From contig CAVWIP010000008.1 of assembly GCA_963755125.1 (NCBI GenBank), positions 256,001-320,000 on the forward strand: a DNA stretch of 64,000 nt. The letters are read 5' to 3'. The translations under genes and the position numbers were made by a program. The notes beneath the pieces were generated by a model. It had not been told where the DNA came from. It ran no database searches and was given only the letters and a program-made list of their open reading frames with translations. Source of the DNA: an uncultured delta proteobacterium (GTDB taxonomy: Bacteria; Myxococcota_A; Polyangia; Fen-1088). Below, one piece after another: positions 60,408 through 64,000 of the stretch; position 1 is the stretch's first letter; every line of letters starts with the position of its first letter.

Positions 60408-63400
60408 ATGCCCAGCGAGCGCGAGTACGAACAGGTCTTGCAGAAAGAGCCCGCCAACGGCGACGCGTTCGTGGCGCTGCGCAAGGCCTATCGTGAGTCG
60501 GGCCGCTTCGACAGGTTGGTCACGTTGTACGAAACGCGTGCCCAAGCCATCGAAGACCAAGCCAAAGCGGCTGAGCTCTTCTATCTTGCGGCCGAGGTCC
60601 GTCTGGACCACCTCAGCGACACGTCAGGAGCCGAGGCGGACCTGGCGCACGCGGTGAGCCGCGACGCTAGCCATCGCAAGGCGGCCAAGCGTCTGAAAGA
60701 TATCTACCGCGAGCAAGGCCGCACCGACGAGTACCTGACCATGCTGGAGATGGAGGCGGTGGCGGTGATGCGTGCGAAGGATTCGGCGCGCATCGAGGAA
60801 CTCAAGACTGAGGCCGAGCAAGCCGCTGGCCCGGAAATTCAACGCATCGCGCGGGCGGTTTCCACGCCTGCCCTGCGTGGCAGCGTCACGGCCGAACACC
60901 TAAAGACCGTCGAGCAGGCGCGAAAGATCTTCGCGGCCATCGGCGAGTACCAAACCGCGTGCCGTCTGTATGACCTGGAGCTAGCAGCCACCACCGATCC
61001 AAAGCGACGCGCGAACCTGACCTTCCGGCTGGGACGGATGCTGGCCGAGAAGGTCGGCGACTTGCAGCAAGCGGCCCAGAAGCTGAGCGATGTGGTGCGG
61101 CTCTACCCGCGCGACGAAAAGGCGTTGGATACGCTGGCCGGGGTCTTCGCCAACCCTCAGTGGACGGGCGCGGATGGCCCGGAACGGGCCGTCGGCCTGT
61201 ACAGCCAGATCGCACGTCGCCGCCACGAGGCTGGCGACGTGGACAGCGCGGTGACAGCTCTGCGCAAAGCCCTGAGTGCGGTGCCCGGCCATTCCGAAGC
61301 CTCGGCGCTCATGGAGCGCGTGCTGACCAGCGCGGGCCGGCTCACTGACCTGGACCGTTTTCTGCGCGAGCGCGCGGCCACTGCGCACACCGACCAGGAG
61401 AAGATCGAGGTCTTGTTCAGACGGGCGCACTTGGCCCGCACCTCGCTCAACGACGTGGCCGAGGCGATGCGCATCTACCAGGAAATCGTGGCCCTGGAAC
61501 CACCGGGGGGAACCGCGTCGCAAGAGTTGGCCACGCTGTACCTGGAACGTCAGGACTACGGCAAGCTGGCCGAGTTGCGCGAGCGGCAGCTCGAGAAGGC
61601 AACGGACCCCGAGTTCCGTCTCACCTTGCAGCGTGAGTTGGCGTCGCTTTACCGTGACCGGCTGGGTGACCGCGAGCAGGCCGCGGTGTACTTGCACGCC
61701 ATCCTGCAAACCCGGCCCAGCGATCCGGAAGCTCTGCGCGCCTACGCCGAACATTTTCGCCAGCGCGGCGCATGGCGCGAGCTGGCCGACGTGCTGGAAT
61801 TTGCGCTCGACCACGCACGCTCGACGGGCGCCGATGCATCCGAGTTGCTGCCGCGCCTGGAAGAAGTGGCGGTCATCGCCGAGACCAAGCTGGGCGACAT
61901 CGATCGCGCGCTGACGGTTTGGCGGCGGATGTTCGAGATCGATCCCAGTTACCAGCGGGCGCGCGAGGCCTGCAAGCGCATCCTGCAGAAGGCCGGCCGT
62001 TGGGAGGAGATGGCGACCGTGCTGGCCGAGGACGCGGCAGCCAGCGAGCCCGACGCCCGGGCCGAGATTCTGCGTCGCCTGGCCCGGTTGTGCCTCGATA
62101 AACTCAACGCACCCGATCGCGCGGCGGCCGTCTACCGTGACGTGCTCGCGCTCGATGCCAAGGACGCGATCGCACTGCGTGCCGTGGTGGAGGCCTATGA
62201 GCGGGCCGAGCAGTGGGCCGAGCTTGCCGCCCTCTTGCGCAACCAGGTCGAACTGACCAGCGTCGACGCCGAGAAGGTCAATTTTCTACGTCGCCTGCTG
62301 GGCCTGTACGAGGAGCGCTTGGCCGATCCATCGTCCGCCTCGTGGGCTGCGGCGCAGATTCTCAAGCTCCTGCCCGGCGACCGCGACGCCCTGGTGCGCC
62401 TGGAGAGCATCTTCGAGCGCTCGAATGACAAGCCTCGTCTGGTCAAGATGCTCGAGTATCACCTCCGCCACGCTACCAACGCGGAGGAGAAACTGGCGCT
62501 GGTCCGGCGCATCGCTGACCTCTTGCAGACCGACGACTTCGACCGGGCCATCCCCTACTGGGAAAATGTGCTGAAGCACGTTCCCGGGGACCAGCAGGCC
62601 CTGCAGGCGTTGCTCGCGGGTTACGAAAAGGCGGGACAGCCCGAGGACGTGGCGCGCACCCTGGACATGCAGATCGCCGCACTGGCCGCCGATCCACCGG
62701 CGCAGGCCGAGCTGTTGCGGCGGCTGGCTCGCCTGGCCCGTGACGGACTCAAGGACACCCCACGCGCCCAACAAGCCTGGAAGGATTTGCTCAAGATTTT
62801 GCCAGCCGATCACGAGGGACTGGAGGCGCTCTCAGCCATCGCGTCGGAACAGTCCGACTGGGGGACGCTGGCGGATCTGATGGCGCGCCGGATCGCTGTC
62901 TCGACCAATCCGGCCGAGGCGGTTCCCCTGGCCCTTCAGCGCGCCAGCCTGCTGGTCGAGAAGCTGGATGAGCCGGCCGAGGCGATCCGGGCGCTGGAGC
63001 ACATCATCAGCGATCTCGATCCCGCCAGCGTGGAGGCGCACCAAGCCTTGCGCCGGGTGGCCGAGGCTCGCGACGATTGGCCGCGCGTGGCGATGGTGGC
63101 GGAACGACAACTGAGCTTCGCCACCGATCCCAAGGAGCGCGTCGCGCGGGCGTTGGAAATCGGATGCGTGTATCGCGATCGCCTGCAGGATGCAAAGAAG
63201 GCCATCGGCGCTTTCGAACGGGTGGTCGAGATCGAGCCCGAGCAGTCGGACGCGCTAGCCGCTCTGGCGCCGCTCTACGCCGAGACGAATGACGGAGAGG
63301 CGTTCATCGCCACCTCCGAGAAACTCTTGCGTCAGACCGAGGATCTCACCCACCGGCGTCCGCTGCTCTTCGACATGGCCGAGGCTGCCGAAACCATGCT

Positions 63401-64000
63401 CGACGAGCCGCGCCGGGCCTTCGAGCTGTTCCGGCGCGCCTATGTCGAGAGGCCCGACGAGGAGGCGCTGGCCCGCCTGGAAGCGACTGCCGAGGCCCAC
63501 GAGCTGTGGGAGGATCTCATCAAGGTGTACGCGGGCGAGGGCGCGCGCTCGGTGGATCCGCTCGCGCAGGTGCAGGTGGCGATGAAGGTGGCTGGGTTGT
63601 GCGAGAGTCGGCTGCAGCAACCGGCACGCGCCTTCACTGTACTGCGCGAGGCGCTGGCCCACGACCCGGCGGGAACAACCCTGCTGCCCGAGTTGGAACG
63701 GCTGGCTCGCACGACCAAGGACTGGCAAGGGCTGCTCGACGTGTACGCGCAAGTGGCGCGTGGCCGTCCTGCGCCGGAAGACCGCTTTGCCCTCCTCTGC
63801 CTGCGTGCGGGCGTGCGCGAGACCGAGATGGGCGATCCTTCGGGCGCCTTCGACGAGCTGTTGCGCGCTTTCGCCCTCTCTCCGGGCCACGAGACCACCC
63901 GGGGCGAGCTCTTGCGTCTGGCCGAGGCCACCGGACGCTGGGAGGATGCGCTGGCGGTTGAGGGACAAGCCTTCGCACGCGCCACCACCACCGCGGAGAA
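60408..64000 (+). CDS. Giant myxobacterial TPR-repeat protein (runs off the window; absent from the ORF track)
   Basis: RBS GGAGG then ATG 60408 (MPSEREYEQVLQKEPANGDAFVALRKAY...). The same frame still reads as coding at the window end (EGQAFARATTTAE); recurring DP....A...L..LY....W..L repeats. Confidence 0.85.
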   Translation, partial: MPSEREYEQVLQKEPANGDAFVALRKAYRESGRFDRLVTLYETRAQAIEDQAKAAELFYLAAEVRLDHLSDTSGAEADLAHAVSRDASHRKAAKRLKDIYREQGRTDEYLTMLEMEAVAVMRAKDSARIEELKTEAEQAAGPEIQRIARAVSTPALRGSVTAEHLKTVEQARKIFAAIGEYQTACRLYDLELAATTDPKRRANLTFRLGRMLAEKVGDLQQAAQKLSDVVRLYPRDEKALDTLAGVFANPQWTGADGPERAVGLYSQIARRRHEAGDVDSAVTALRKALSAVPGHSEASALMERVLTSAGRLTDLDRFLRERAATAHTDQEKIEVLFRRAHLARTSLNDVAEAMRIYQEIVALEPPGGTASQELATLYLERQDYGKLAELRERQLEKATDPEFRLTLQRELASLYRDRLGDREQAAVYLHAILQTRPSDPEALRAYAEHFRQRGAWRELADVLEFALDHARSTGADASELLPRLEEVAVIAETKLGDIDRALTVWRRMFEIDPSYQRAREACKRILQKAGRWEEMATVLAEDAAASEPDARAEILRRLARLCLDKLNAPDRAAAVYRDVLALDAKDAIALRAVVEAYERAEQWAELAALLRNQVELTSVDAEKVNFLRRLLGLYEERLADPSSASWAAAQILKLLPGDRDALVRLESIFERSNDKPRLVKMLEYHLRHATNAEEKLALVRRIADLLQTDDFDRAIPYWENVLKHVPGDQQALQALLAGYEKAGQPEDVARTLDMQIAALAADPPAQAELLRRLARLARDGLKDTPRAQQAWKDLLKILPADHEGLEALSAIASEQSDWGTLADLMARRIAVSTNPAEAVPLALQRASLLVEKLDEPAEAIRALEHIISDLDPASVEAHQALRRVAEARDDWPRVAMVAERQLSFATDPKERVARALEIGCVYRDRLQDAKKAIGAFERVVEIEPEQSDALAALAPLYAETNDGEAFIATSEKLLRQTEDLTHRRPLLFDMAEAAETMLDEPRRAFELFRRAYVERPDEEALARLEATAEAHELWEDLIKVYAGEGARSVDPLAQVQVAMKVAGLCESRLQQPARAFTVLREALAHDPAGTTLLPELERLARTTKDWQGLLDVYAQVARGRPAPEDRFALLCLRAGVRETEMGDPSGAFDELLRAFALSPGHETTRGELLRLAEATGRWEDALAVEGQAFARATTTAE

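Overview
GC-rich bacterial chromosome segment. Gene content (pilMNOPQ with MglC/SgmX-like genes, a giant TPR protein, FecR/FG-GAP remnants) points to Myxococcota, probably Polyangia-like; this is inference. In order: a nitrogen-uptake module (APC permease, Amt, Ser/Thr kinase, PP2C, porin, PII); a PiT transporter with Pho-box-like repeats; purH-purD-purE-tsaC; a decayed ECF/FecR/FG-GAP locus; an isoprenoid/sterol island; MTA salvage and housekeeping genes; and a type IV pilus/acc/TPR cluster. The most interesting feature is the island at about 17.0-28.7 kb. An archaeal-type HMG-CoA synthase/thiolase/DUF35 trio converges on a two-gene operon in which a Cys-rich U32-family protein overlaps (GTGA) an oxidosqualene cyclase carrying cycloartenol-synthase signature residues. 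That operon has a sigma54 promoter match and a divergent histidine kinase/NtrC-type pair, followed by a BtaA-like (DUF3419) gene. No squalene monooxygenase is present in the window. Characterised U32 proteins (UbiUV, RlhA, TrhP) are O2-independent hydroxylases, so this is a candidate oxygen-independent squalene epoxidation / anaerobic sterol pathway. This is an untested hypothesis. All calls come from motif recognition by eye; no searches were run.
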